A DNA stretch of 63,878 nt, filler included, from Octopus bimaculoides (lineage: Eukaryota): the NCBI RefSeq assembly GCF_001194135.2. It is 10 parts of 9 records of this genome, joined end to end, with 100 filler letters (N's around TTAATTAATTAA, not from the genome) between each part and the next. Parts side by side here need not be neighbours in the genome. Positions count along the whole stretch, not along the records: positions 14,470 to 20,308 come from NC_068984.1; positions 20,409 to 39,343 come from NC_068994.1; 8 more parts are not named here. One strand, given 5' to 3'. The position numbers were made by a program, and so were the translations under genes. This document shows positions 14,471-27,097 of this stretch, piece after piece. The stretch's first letter is position 1. The number at the start of each line of letters is the position of its first letter. The notes beneath the pieces were generated by a model. It did no database searches. It was given only the letters and a program-made list of their open reading frames with translations, and was not told the origin of the DNA.

Positions 14471-14780
14471 ACCAAGCGTTCCCGCTCAATTCATTCTCTT
14501 TCTTGCTGGCCAGCATAGAGCAATGGACGTGTCAAGAGTGTCTCTAACATTCGAACTCTGGAGACAGCCTCTTTACGTGTTAAGCTGTCTCTCTACATCT
14601 TTCGGACTTACGCTCGACAGCTCGCTCACACCTACATAACAACGTCCCAACAACAGAAGCTGTAACAACAAGAACTAAAGATGTATATATCATTACGACC
14701 TCAATAAATGTTGTTTAAGTTGATAGTCTGGAGTTCAGCGTTCCGTTATATTTCTATAATTTTATAGTAGGAAAGTCAGG
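14471..14780 (+). mobile_element. LTR-like or other repeat fragment adjacent to a gap
   Basis: GC-richer block with an AATAAA (14703) and an 8-bp hairpin gagacagc/gctgtctc (14561-14591). The left end is lost in the gap, so TG..CA termini and TSD cannot be checked. Confidence 0.3.
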
Positions 14781-15297
14781 TATACAATCTAAAGATGTAT
14801 AACCCACTTTCTACTAAACAATTGAAATAAAAAATAAAAATTATTTACCTATTGCAATTAATAAATAAGAAACAGCTGTATACACATTTGATTCAGAACC
14901 ATTGATGAGAAAATTTCATAGAGTTGAATGATTAAAGTTTAGAAAATTACTACAAAATGGTCATAGACTGTCTATATGTTAGGTAACCAGGAATGACTTT
15001 TTAATCAGTAAGGGTTTTACAAAGTCTTCCATGCAGATGACATAAAACACCTGATTTAGTTGTGAAGACTGCTGAAAATTGATGTGATGTTTCATGTGCC
15101 TTGTTAACCCAGAATTACTTCAGCAGATCTCGTAAACAAAGCAAGATAGTTCAACATGGCTGTGTGGTAAGAAGCATGTCTCCCAACCATATGGTAGAGA
15201 AGTGTAAAGAGATAACTTACAAGTGAGAGATATAATGTTTTGCAATGTAGATGGAAATAAGCCAGAGCTTTTCATAAAACTTATATGTGATTTATAA

Positions 15298-16544
15298 TCT
15301 ATATATATAAAAATGAGAATGTGTGTCTGTCTGTCTGTGTGAATCCCTAAAACTCGAGAACTACGCAACCAATTTCATTCAAATTTTACAGATGCCTTAC
15401 TTAGGGTTCCAGTTGTGTTTTAGTCAAAAAAATTTTAACTTCTTGCAGAGTTCGAGCCCACGGCAACATAATATCTCCTCCACAATTTAAGCATTACGTG
15501 TCAAAAGTGAAACAAAAACACTCATGTCAAATACTTTCACTTTAAAAATGAAACTATTCTACTAACTGAAACAATCACATTTTGATACTGTAATGACAGA
15601 TACTTTCAGAGAGAGAGAGATGTATATGTATACATATAGATGTATATGTACACGTTATTCCACTAACTGAAACAATCACATTTCGATACTGTAATTACAG
15701 ATACTTTCAGAGAGAGAGAAAGAGATGNNNNNNNNNNNNNNNNNNNNNNNNNNNNNNNNNNNNNNNNNNNNNNNNNNNNNNNNNNNNNNNNNNNNNNNNN
15801 NNNNNNNNNNNNNNNNNNNNNNNNNNNNNNNNNNNNNNNNNNNNNNNNNNNNNNNNNNNNNNNNNNNNNNNNNNNNNNNNNNNNNNNNNNNNNNNNNNNN
15901 NNNNNNNNNNNNNNNNNNNNNNNNNNNNNNNNNNNNNNNNNNNNNNNNNNNNNNNNNNNNNNNNNNNNNNNNNNNNNNNNNNNNNNNNNNNNNNNNNNNN
16001 NNNNNNNNNNNNNNNNNNNNNNNNNNNNNNNNNNNNNNNNNNNNNNNNNNNNNNNNNNNNNNNNNNNNNNNNNNNNNNNNNNNNNNNNNNNNNNNNNNNN
16101 NNNNNNNNNNNNNNNNNNNNNNNNNNNNNNNNNNNNNNNNNNNNNNNNNNNNNNNNNNNTAAGACTACCCTTTCAGATATACTTATATTGTGATTTCTGC
16201 AATGTGGTGCATAAATTGTCAAGTAAATGAGACGTATCTTTGCCTCCACTGATTCACTCGCAAAGTGTTGAGTAAAATTATTTCGTTGCAGACCTCCTTT
16301 GGGTCTTTTTATTATCACTGCGACACACATAGTCCCCAGTTGGTAACACTGATTTCAAGGCCCTCCTAGATGAGAGACTGGCATTCCACTTAATGTCTAT
16401 GTTCCATGCTGGCATGGATCGGAGAGTTATTAATGTAGAAATATGGTATCGTAGCTACTAACAGTTGAGGGTTGCGTAGTCTAGACGGCGTTTTTAAATT
16501 TCATTATTCTCTTTAACCCGGGCAACGCCGGGTATTTCTGCTAG
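15298..16544 (+). mobile_element. Non-autonomous Helitron with both ends
   Basis: 5' A|TCTATATATATAAAAATGAGAATG; 3' hairpin CCCGGGCAACGCCGGG followed by ...CTGCTAG|T, i.e. insertion between A and T. Internal ~100-bp direct repeat at 15555-15727. A gap lies in the middle, so continuity is assumed. Confidence 0.8.
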
Positions 16545-17555
16545 TTAGTAATAAACAGATATGATAAAAAAAAAAAAGATTTACCCCACTAAATTGGTAA
16601 AGGATAGCCTCAACTGTAAAATAATAACCTCCGCTGAACACTGGAAGTGATGTACTAAACTCACCCAAATTCCAACAAACTGTAACAAAATAAGGAGGAT
16701 GCTGGTATATGGTGTTGGTGCCATCATACAAACAACAATGAAGGGCCACATATCTAAATTTAATAATGGTTTCAAATTTTGGCACAAGACCAGCAATTTT
16801 GGAGGATGAGGAAAGTCTATTACATTGACCCCAGAGTTCAACTGGTAATATTTTTATCAACCCAGAGAGGATGAAAGGTAAAGTCAATCTTGGTAGAATA
16901 AAGACAGATGAAATGCCATTAAATGTTTTACCTGGTGTGCTAACGATTCTGCCAGGTTTCTACCTTTTTTCAATTTAATAAGAAACTATAAATTGGCATA
17001 AACATGGTTGTGTGGTTTAGAAGCTTGCTTCCCAACTATTTGTCCCAGGTTCAGTCTCACTGTGCAGCACCTTGGGCATGTTTCTTCTACTGTAGCCCTG
17101 GACTGACCAAAGTTTTGTGAGTGGATTTGATAGACACAAACTGAAAGACACATGTAGTGTGTATAAGTGAGTAATGTGTGTGTGTGTGTATGTACCTCAC
17201 ACGCACATAAACACTAACTAAAAATTACTTAAGTAACTAAATAAACAGAAGTCAAAAATAACAAGAGCTGCTTTTAATTTGTAACTTAATTCATCTTTCT
17301 CATGTGCTGCACCTCAGCACATCTGCAAATAAACTTTACTTTATTTACATACAAGTTCCATACCAGTGATCCATTTTATTTTGGGATGGTCTCAGTGCTT
17401 GGTATTAATGGCGAAATATTGGCATCTACCATTCTTGATCACTCTGGGGCATGTTGTCTTGCCTGGTCTAGGACACTCAGTATTGTTTAACAATTGGTGT
17501 TGCATGGACGCTATCCAACAGAAAATAGGTGTTTAAGCAAAACATATACTATGAA

Positions 17556-17772
17556 TGAAGAGATGCTAAATAGTTCCTGGCTTTAAGGGTATTACGAAAG
17601 TTCTGATTGATGCCCAACCTTCTGAGTTCTTTTGCAGGGCTTAGAAAAACTGAAGAATTGTCGCATTAAGTGTATGAATCTAAGAGGGGGATATGTTGAA
17701 TAAAATCATAATTAACTGATCCTCCTGAATTTTCTTTTACCTAAAGTCAGGAATTTTTCATTACTCCCTTCA
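17556..17772 (+). mobile_element. Mariner-derived MITE
   Basis: Degenerate TIRs (tgaagagatgctaaatagttcctggcttta / rc of taaagtcaggaatttttcattactcccttca) enclosing the transposase C-terminus GLEKLKNCRIKCMNLRGGYVE*. Confidence 0.65.
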
Positions 17773-18200
17773 TCATCATCATCATCGTTTAACGTCCGCT
17801 TTCCATGCTAGCATGGGTTGGACGATTTGACTGAGGACTGGTGAAACCAGATGGCTACACCAGGCTCCAATCTGATTTGGCAGAGTTTCTACAGCTGGAT
17901 GCCCTTCCTAACGCCAACCACTCCGAGAGTGTAATGGGTGCTTTTACGTGCCACTGGCACGAAGGCCAGTCAGTGGGTACTGGCAACGGCCACGCTCAAA
18001 ATGGNNNNNNNNNNNNNNNNNNNNNNNNGCACTGGCAACGATCTCGCTCGAAAGTCCTTACCCATGCTGCGGGAACAAGTGCCAGAAAGGCGACGCTGGA
18101 AATCGAAATTGAAATCGTACTAAATTCGACGACTGGCACCCATGCCAATGTCGTCTCCTTCATTGGACATGAAACTCAGCTTGCGAAGACCTGTTGGGGC
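17771..18200 (-). mobile_element. SINE family C with (GAT)n tail (RTE-type 3' end)
   Basis: catcatcatcgtttaacgtccgctttccatgctagcatgggttggacg...ggatgcccttcctaacgccaaccac. Related copies at 23375-23700 (+), 30545-30770 (+), 30835-31065 (-) and 62473-62620 (+). Confidence 0.8.
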
Positions 18201-18575
18201 AAGCGAAATCGTGATAGCACTGTGTACCCCCTTGTTTATATAAAATACACACACACACACACACACATGTATATATTTTAAACTTTTAAACTATATGTTT
18301 TTCATGCAGAAAGCATCCCTGAGAAATTTCACCATGTCAGTAAATGCATCTTCATCAAAACCTTATACATTTTGAGTGGCATTAAGGAATGATAAGTATG
18401 AGTATAACTAAGTTTCAGTGAAAAGATGTAATAAGACTGAAACTTATTAAGAGTTGTCATCATACATCCCATTGCATTCTTCCTTTCAGTTTTCAATCAA
18501 TTTAGATTTCAGAGTTGTCTCCCATGACCTTTTATAAGAATTGTCATTAATGTTAATGATTTTCATTTATTTATA

Positions 18576-19066
18576 TTAGGTCATCTGGAAAGTTCTGAAC
18601 ATTTTTTTAATATGCAATAAGGGATATAAATAATTCAATAAATTTTATTCAATGAAATAGTTTCCATTATTATTAATGACCTTTGCTCATCTATCAGGTG
18701 ATTTAAATATTCTGTCAGAATAAAATTTGAACGGTTTTGAAGAAAAAAGTTATCTAGATGCATTTTGACTCCATCTAAATTGTTACATGTTTTTCCCTGC
18801 AATGAGTTCTGTAGAGACAAAAACAAGTGGTAGTCAGATGGTGCAATATCAGGAGAATATAGTGGATGGGGTAAGAGATCCCAGCCAATTTCATGTAACT
18901 TTGTTCTAGTAGCCAAAGATGTATGTGGTCATGTATTGTCTTGTTGGAATACTACCCTTTTTCTGTTGGCAATCTCTGGCTTCAATTCTTTGATGTTTTG
19001 GTCCAAATTACCCAGCTGATGACAGTACATATCAGAATTAATGGTCTGGTTTTATGGGAGAAGCTT
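18576..19066 (-). mobile_element. Mariner (DD34D) transposase 3' half with terminal repeat
   Basis: Translation ...RVVFQQDNT*PHTSLATRTKLHEIGWDLLPHPLYSPDIAPSDYHLFLSLQNSLQGK contains the YSPDLAPxD motif. Terminus TA|TTAGGTCATCTGGAAAGTT. Confidence 0.93.
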
Positions 19067-19199
19067 ATGTGTGTCTATCTATCTTTCTGTCTATCTATCT
19101 GTCTGTCTGTTTACCTGTCTGTTAATGTATGTATGCACCTGTGTGTGTATGTATATATGTATGTAGGTACGTACATATGTATGGATCTATCTATTTAGC

Positions 19200-19212
19200 T
19201 AGCTAGCTATCT

Positions 19213-19283
<71 letters not shown>

Positions 19284-19368
19284 GCTAGCTAGCTAGCTAG
19301 CTACCTACCTACCTACCTACCTACCTACCTACCTACGTACATATGTACGTACGTACATACCTACCTAC

Positions 19369-19419
<51 letters not shown>

Positions 19420-19420
19420 C
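19200..19420. repeat. Compound tetranucleotide microsatellite (TATC)-(TAGC)-(TACC)-(TACG/TACA)-(TACC)-(TATC)
   Basis: Direct inspection. Confidence 0.95.
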
Positions 19421-19447
19421 CTACTTGTCTGACGAACGCCGGTCTGT

Positions 19448-20308
19448 TTGGCCACGTACGCAATAACCTTTCCTACCCTGCCTTCCCCACAACTTCACGA
19501 AGGAGGGAACAAAGGAAGAAGTAGCACACAAACAGGTGTCAATGTTAGCATGAACGCTAACACCGCCACCACCATCACCACCACCAACAACAACAACACC
19601 GTCTCAAAGGCTATGGCCTCAAAAACAAACACCAACACCACCACCACAGCTTCGCTGTCAACTGCTACAACGGACACCTCCGCCACCACCACAGCCTCAC
19701 CGTCAGCTACTACAACGGACGCCTCTGCCACCACTACAAACAGCACCACCACCAACACCACCACCACCACCACCACGAATTTTGCAGAAGCATTGAAACA
19801 AAGAAAAACACTTCTACATTTCACACAGGAGCAGATCGAGCAGACCAAAGCCCTCTTAACAGAAAAGGGTTAAGGCCTACAACTAAACATACAACAAAAC
19901 ACCATAGAGAACACAGGAAAGAGAACAATAATATACAAAATCTTAAATGCCAAAATGCGCAGACCAGAACAAGCACCCCAAGAACTTATTGAAATTTGTT
20001 TACGCCCGATTTGGGATTTCCAAAGATATGTAAACTGGTGGAATAAATATGCCACAATCCAAGTTCGCTTCGACAGCAAAGCAAAAGCCAAAGAGCTGTC
20101 GACACACACTACAGTCGGACAAACTAATACTAATTCCGACCTACCTTGGGCAACGTGTGACCAAAGTTTCAATAAGGAATATCCCTCCTGAAATAGAGGC
20201 ACAATGGCTTTTATCCGCCATTTGTTACCGTATGGAAGAGGACTTCAACATCCTCGAGTATGCCACTTACCAGGAACTAAAATGGTCCGGAAAAAGGATT
20301 GAAGTATT
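19448..20308 (+). mobile_element. LINE ORF1-like (gag-like) region, nearly intact, cut by a gap
   Basis: ORFs 19448-19873 and 19955-20191 share a frame with one stop between them. A frameshift leads into ...IPTYLGQRVTKVSIRNIPPEIEAQWLLSAI, which aligns with the CCHC-bearing fragment at 45525. Thr-rich low-complexity N-terminus. Confidence 0.65.
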
Positions 20309-20629
20309 NNNNNNNNNNNNNNNNNNNNNNNNNNNNNNNNNNNNNNNNNNNNTTAATTAATTAANNNNNNNNNNNNNNNNNNNNNNNNNNNNNNNNNNNN
20401 NNNNNNNNCAGTCTTTATTGCACCTGAACATCTGCCACAAACAAAAACTAACTTGCTAGTTAACCTGCCTTTGATGTTGCTGCACCTCTTATGTGTCCAT
20501 AGCTTGCACCGGGTACATCTTATAGAGTTACTACCTACTCCTTTTCTACATACTGAGCAGGGCCATCTACCTGAAGGGGTTTGTGTTTTATCTACCTTCC
20601 TACTTATTAGGATTTTGGTTTTAGCTAGG

Positions 20630-20915
20630 TTGACTCTAAAAAAAAAAACCTAAAGCTCCACAAGGCTCTGGCAGTGGGTGAACCCTGCTGTACTCTTTCA
20701 ACACAACTTTCTCTCACTCTTTCTTCCTGTTTTTGTTGTACCTGCATTTCAAAGGGCCAGCCTTGTCACACACTGTGTCATGCTGAATCTCCCTGAAAAC
20801 TATGTTAAGGGTACACATGTCTGCGTAGTGCTCAGTCACTTGCACGTTAATTTCACGAGCAGGCTGTTCTGTTGATTGGATCAACTGGGACCCTTGTTGT
20901 AACCGATGGAGTACC
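20630..20915 (+). mobile_element. SINE family D, head-truncated
   Basis: Shares the 3' domain ...GTTAAGGGTACAC...CACTTGCACGTTAATTTCACGAGCAGGCTGTT...GATCAACTGG with 50683-51000 and 61241-61456. Confidence 0.8.
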
Positions 20916-21019
20916 ATCATATATATATACATATGTTTATGTAAGAATATATACATGTGTGTGTATATACATATATATGTGTGTACAGATATAGATTTAG
21001 CTATATATATATCTATCTA

Positions 21020-21320
21020 TCTATATATATCAAAATGAAAATGTGTGTCTGTCTCTGTGTCTGTCTGTCTATGTGAATCCTTAAAACTTGAGAACTACAC
21101 AACCGTTTCCATTCAAATTTTACACATGTCTTACTTAGGGTCATGCAGTGTCATGGGCTAAAAGATTTTCAACTTCTTGCTTAATGCGAGCCCAGAGCAA
21201 TCTCTAATCTCTTACACTAGTGCAGTTTTACGTGTCAAAAGTGAAACAATAACATCTCTCTATTGTAATGTGAGATACTTTCAGTTTAATATTTTCACTA
21301 TTAATACTGACACTATTATC
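21020..21320 (+). mobile_element. Helitron 5' fragment (same family as 15298)
   Basis: TCTATATATATCAAAATGAAAATGTGTGTCTG...gaatccttaaaacttgagaactacacaacc matches 15298-15520. Confidence 0.8.
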
Positions 21321-21400
21321 TCACATATATATCTCAGATACATATATAAATACACACATACATACATACATATATATATATATATTATGTATATATATTG

Positions 21401-21434
<34 letters not shown>

Positions 21435-21529
21435 GGTGCAGNNNNNNNNNNNNNNNNNNNNNNNNNNNNNNNNNNNNNNNNNNNNNNNNNNNNNNNNNNN
21501 NNNNNNNNNNNNNNNNNNNNNNNNNNNNN

Positions 21530-21566
<37 letters not shown>

Positions 21567-21569
<3 letters not shown>

Positions 21570-21930
21570 TGCAGGTGTGGTTGTGTGGTAAGAAACTTGA
21601 TTCCAAAGCACATGGTCCTGGATTCAGCCCCACTGCGTGGTAACTTGGCATGTGTCTTCTGTTATAGCCGCACACCAACCAAAGCCTCTGAGTGGATTTA
21701 GTAGACAGAAACTGAAAGAAATCAATCGTATATATACATATATGTAAGTGTATGTGTGTGTCTTTGTGTCTGTGTTTCTCCCCCTTCACTGCTTGACAAC
21801 TGGTGTTAGTTTATTTACATCCCCATAACTTACTGGTTTGACAAGAAGAGATCGATAGAATAAGTACCAGACTTATCAAAAACAAGTACTGGAGTCAGTC
21901 CATTCAACAAAAAATTCTTCAAGGCAGTGT
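21567..21930 (+). mobile_element. SINE family A (central microsatellite)
   Basis: Colinear with the reference copy at 48199-48615. Confidence 0.85.
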
Positions 21931-22053
21931 CTCATATTTTTGCTTGTCCTCTCGATTGTATCTATCAATCTATTTTTCTGTGTATATATAATACACACAC
22001 ACACACACACACACAAATATATATATCCATGCATGTATATGTGCATATTCATA

Positions 22054-22700
22054 TCTATTATATAAAAGTCAATGTATTTATGTGTGTTCGTGTGTTACTT
22101 ATAGACTTGAAAATTACTGCACCGATCCTCATGAAATTTGGAATACAAAATCCAAGCCTAGGGAGAAGGGTAATGCCAAATGTTTCATACAAGTTCATGT
22201 AGCAAACTTACTGAATGGATCCTTATGATATTTGGAACTTAGATTCAATGCATAAAGGTGGGCATAATGCAGTATATTTAATTTGAATTTGAGGTGGCTT
22301 AAAGGAGGCAGAACCCCCCATGAAAATTCAAAAATTTCTGATGTTGATGAAATTTCAATCATGGGTAATTGACACACATCAAGAAGTATTATCAAAGTTT
22401 CTGCTTCTCACGAGTATTCTAAGACTCCTACTGGGGGCCTTAACTCCCAAATTTTAGTCATTTTTTATGATCCAAAACTAGGTCAAAAGTATTGAATGGA
22501 TCTTTATGAAATTTGGAAATTATATTCTATGCATAAGGACAGATGTAATGAAGTATATGTCTGAAAGTTAGGGGGCATAAATGAGACCATAACCACCATG
22601 AAAATTTATATATTTTTGCTGTTAATGAAATTTTAAACATAGATATTAGACACAAATGAAGTAATATTCCTGAAATTTCACCTTCATGATCTTGCAAAGT
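22054..22700 (+). mobile_element. Helitron-like 5' region with internal subrepeats
   Basis: A|TCTATTATATAAAAGTCAATG...ccgatcctcatgaaatttgg; the motif tgaatggatc(c/t)ttatga(t/a)atttgga recurs at about 22211 and 22492. Confidence 0.55.
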
Positions 22701-22739
22701 GCAGCACACTAATTGCACACACACAGGCACATACACATG

Positions 22740-23367
22740 CAAGCTTACAGCAACAAAGCAATGGATTGTACACAATGTTTTGAGTGGCACAGGTGCCTGA
22801 AAAGTAGAACATCCATTAAAGCCAATGTGCAATCTGGAAGACCTACCATGTGCGTCACCTCCAGAAATGTGGAGAAAATTCATTAGCTTATAAATGAGGA
22901 TCGTCAGAAGACAATGAACAGTGTTTTGAAGCATTTGAGGGAGGACATTCAATGAAAGTGACCGGATCTGTGGAGCGTGAAGACTTGGATTCTTCATGAC
23001 AATGCACCCTGTCACTGAGCTCTCTTCACTCATGAATTCCTCTCCAAAAACAACATGGTATCACTTCTGCACCCGCCCTATTCACCAGATTTAGCACCTG
23101 CAGACTTCCATATCTTCCCAAGATGAAAATGCAGCTCAAAGGTCGCTGTTTTAGCACCATTGTTGAGATCCAGTGTGAATTCGAGAAGGTCCTCGACTTG
23201 CTTATGGAAGACAACTTCCAGGCCAGATTCCAAAAGTGGCAGGAATGCTGGGACCTGTGTATTGCTGTGCAAGGTGACTGTTTTGAAGGAGATGATGTTA
23301 AAACTTAGATAAATTGATCATTTTTTATCAAACGTAACTAGTCCGGGAACCTTTTGTTACCACCTCA
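22740..23367 (+). mobile_element. Internally deleted mariner transposase relic with 3' TIR
   Basis: N-terminal HTH part AYSNKAMDCTQCFEWHRC..SGRPT..NVEKIH is joined directly to WILHDNAPCH..HPPYSPDLAPADF..KMKMQLKGRCF..CIAVQGDCFEG*. Ends ...GGGAACCTTTTGTTACCACCTCA|TA. Confidence 0.92.
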
Positions 23368-24408
23368 TACATACATGACACCAGCATGAGCCCTCAGTCA
23401 GGAGGTCCTTCTCTTCCTCAAAAGAAGGACCTCCTGTGTGGGTGCTGGTGTCACATAAAAGCATCCATGCTAGTGGCATGTAAAAGCACCTGCACCAGTT
23501 CCACATAAAAGCACCCATGCTGGTGTCATATAAAAAGCACCCAGTGCATTCTGTGAAGTGGGTGACATTAGGAAGATCAACCAGCTATAGAAATCATGCC
23601 GAAACAGACAATTGGAACCTGGGCAGCTCCCTAGCTGGCCAGCTCTTGTCAAACCTTCCCACCCATGCCAGTATGGGAAGCAGGCATTTTATTGAGAATG
23701 ATATATCACAATGTTATTTCATATAATTATATTATTTTTAACTTATTATCTTGCTGCATGTTTCCTCATAATATAGTTAAATACATGAAACTTGTAAAGA
23801 ATTTAAATTCAACAGATCTGTACGAGAAAGATATTTTAAACCTACTTTATAAATATATCACAAACATCTCCATATATTCATAACTAACCTCGATGACAAA
23901 AGAAAGGAACAAAAAAAAAAAATCATTTGGAGAATAAATGAAACTCACAAATTTATAGACAAACAGAGAAATTGAACATAAAAGTGACTAATAGCAACTT
24001 ATGTCGATAAGTTAAACAATAGACCCATATGCTTGACAGTTTAACAATAGATAAACAAATAGAGAGAAATAAAATTAAAATCAAATGAATAATAAAATAA
24101 ATAAAAGAGAGACATCTAATAACTCACCAACGACTAATACTCATAACTAACATTTAGACAGTTGCAGTGGAATGATGCCAATGACAAAAATTTTAACATC
24201 ATATGAAATCAGAAGTTAGATGAATATCACAGGTATTATATGGACTAAAATGGCTCTTCTATGAAGCAATTCATCTAACTGCCTGTCTATATCATCATCA
24301 TTATCATTACCACCAACACCACCACCTCCACTAGCATGACCTCCACCAACACCACCACCTGTTTGTGGGAAGACTCACCCAACTCAGAGAAACTAAGTTC
24401 TGGGAATG

Positions 24409-24447
<39 letters not shown>

Positions 24448-24464
24448 CCCCTAGTTTAGAATAG

Positions 24465-24618
24465 AGGTAGCTGATGAAGGAAAAGTACTATATGTGGCTT
24501 GTCTGCTTTCCTATATGTTTATTCTGTTGTCCGAAAAAAAGTTCGTTTTGTGTGTTTTGTTTATGTTCCCGTTCCTTTTTTGTCCACGTTTTTTTGACGT
24601 CATGTGCCCGGATATGCA
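24465..24618 (+). repeat. Interspersed repeat, inverted partner at 57505-57640
   Basis: agctgatgaagga..ctatatgtggc...ttttgtccacgtttttttgacgtcatgtgcccggat matches the reverse complement of 57511-57610. Confidence 0.7.
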
Positions 24619-25239
24619 TTTATATATACATGTAGATGTAGGTATGTACATATATGTATGTATATATGCATATGCTCACATATCATTTGTATTATTATAT
24701 ATAAAATGCCTTTGTCCAGCTTCCTCCTTAAGATACTTATACCCACTTCATCTCTCTTACTGAAGTGTTTCTATGATACCACTTGTCTCCCACACATCCA
24801 CTCAACTTGTTCTTCATTCTCTCTATTCACCTCCTCACCCAATGCCACCACTCACTTCCACATACACACCTGCAACCTCTACTCACCCAAATATCTAGTT
24901 CTGCCTCCACTCATTTCTGCTCATCTCATATCCTGAGGGTTCACTCAGACACCTCATCATCACTATTTTATCTCTTCCCCATTCACTTGGTCATCTCAAT
25001 CTCATTCTCATAAAACAGGAGGAACCATATAACCACCCTTCTACTACAGGTAACTTGTTCTACTCAGGCCTCTTCTCTCTTGCTTTACCTCTTTAACTCC
25101 TAGCATAAAACCTCCTCTCTTGGGGTTCATAGTCTTGCAAGCAGCATAGAAACTTCTCCACCACTGGAGAAAAGCAAAAAGTACCAGTACAGGGTATGAA
25201 GAGGTTAGTATAAGGAAGAACAACCTTGCCAAAGTTTGA

Positions 25240-25522
25240 TAATGATGACTATGACAATGACGACGATGATGATGATGATTTATTCAAACACACATACAAA
25301 CATATCCTCCTCTTCCTCCTCCTCCTCCTCCTCCTCATCATCATCATCGTCATCATCATCATCATCATCATCGTTGTCGTCATTGTCATCAGAGGTGAAA
25401 GTGTGATTAGGAAGACTAAGGGATTGAGGTGCCTGTCAGAGAAAGAAGGGAAAATTGATGGGAAAAGTCCCAGAGGAAGTAATGAGAGAGACAATAATCA
25501 ATACCACTGTCTGGTGTCATCA

Positions 25523-25574
<52 letters not shown>

Positions 25575-25575
25575 T
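25240..25575. repeat. Compound trinucleotide microsatellite (GAT/CCT/CAT/TAT)
   Basis: Direct inspection; explains the poly-D/L/I/Y ORFs in the track. Confidence 0.95.
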
Positions 25576-25954
25576 GTGGTAAATTCTCAGGGTCATTACA
25601 GTATCAAAAAAATGCCTTACATTCCAAGTTCAAATCAAACTAAGATTAATGTTATCCTTTCTCCCTCCAGAGTCATTAATATAAAGTAACACTCAAGTAC
25701 TGATTTAACTGACTACCCCACCTCACCTCCAAAATTTCAAGCCTTCTCCCTTATACTAGAAACAACTAGAGAGCAGTCAGTTGGCAAAATTATTGGAGCA
25801 TTAGAAATAACTGCTTTGTATTATTTATTCTGACTTTTTACATACTAAATTCAAGTATCACCAAAGTCAACTCTGCCCTTCATCCTTTTGACATTGATTA
25901 AATAATATACCAGTCAAGTACTTAAACAAGAAAAATGCTGTAGAAATGTCACCT

Positions 25955-26330
25955 ATGTTCTATTATATTGTGCAGAAACATGGGTATAGTTGAAAACTCT
26001 GAAAAACCAGAAGCTTTTGAAATGTGGATATATAGAAGGATGTTAAGAATATCTTGGACAAAATGTAACACTTATGAAAAAGTGCTATAACAAGCAAATA
26101 CTAAAAAAATCATTATTCTCAACTATTAAAAAACAGTAAGCTAAAATACATTGGTTACATTGTAAGGGCAGAAAGTATACAAAGACTATTATTAAGAGGA
26201 AAGATAAATAACAAATGTTCAGGAGAAAGACAGAACAAACTAATTTGTTAATGTCAAGGACAAAACTGACATAGGAAGGATACGTAAGAACGACAGAGGA
26301 AGACCCAAATGGAGATCCTTGATATTCAAC
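25955..26330 (+). mobile_element. RTE-type LINE reverse-transcriptase C-terminal relic
   Basis: Frameshifted VLLYCAETW..EAFEMWIYRRMLRISWTK..EKVL..TIKK..KYIGYIVR..LLLRGKI. Confidence 0.8.
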
Positions 26331-26384
26331 ATGCTATAAGTAACTGACAAAGGAAAAAGTATCTAAATTAACACACATATCTAA

Positions 26385-26515
26385 AAAAACACACATCCCT
26401 GAAAGTTTCATCTGAATCTATCCAGCAGTTCTTGAGATATTTTGTCCAAAGACAAACAAATGTAACAAACACAACTGAAAATAATACTTCTGCTTTTGCT
26501 AAGGCGGAGGTAAAA
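26385..26515 (+). mobile_element. Helentron/DINE-like non-autonomous element end
   Basis: catccctgaaagtttcatctgaatctatccagcagttcttgagatat...tctgcttttgctaaggcggaggtaa is the reverse complement of 45323-45440. Subterminal hairpin present. Family assignment is from recalled pattern. Confidence 0.65.
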
Positions 26516-27045
26516 CTGTTAATACCATCGCTGCTTATTGCAAGTCAGCTCCAATCAAGCATATGACTTGATGTATTCCAACCATGAATAGTTCATATTT
26601 TCTACAACCATATTTCAACCTGACTACAGTATGTTCTTCCTTGTTTGAGGTAGTAGAATAGCAGATGTATTTTGAGGAAGATTTGATTGCTATTTCTAGC
26701 TAATGGAACAAACAGAGTTTTCTCTCTTTTCCTCTCTCTCTCTCTACCTCTTCTCTTCCATAGAAACACCTGGTGGCTTGTTTCCTGTTTAGTTTCTTAA
26801 TATCACATATTACCACTCCCACTTTCTTCTGCTATTTCCAGACCAGTCACTTAGTGCTTTATATGACTTTGTCTACTGAATTATTACACCATTCTAATTG
26901 TTTGGCTTGAGAATTGCACCATCCACAAAACTGGACATCAGCTTCTAATTAGGGTCTCTTGGCAATAAAATATGTATATGCGTGTATGTGTCTGCACATG
27001 CATGCACATATATATATATATATATATATGTGCATGTGCATGTAT

Positions 27046-27097
<52 letters not shown>

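Noticed and set aside
24471-24520. CTGATGA followed by an aggaaa/tttcct stem as a hammerhead (also CTGACGA at 19435)
   Set aside because: No GAAA at the required position after stem II.
25226-25643. Poly-D/L/I/Y ORFs that look like membrane proteins
   Set aside because: Products of compound trinucleotide microsatellites.
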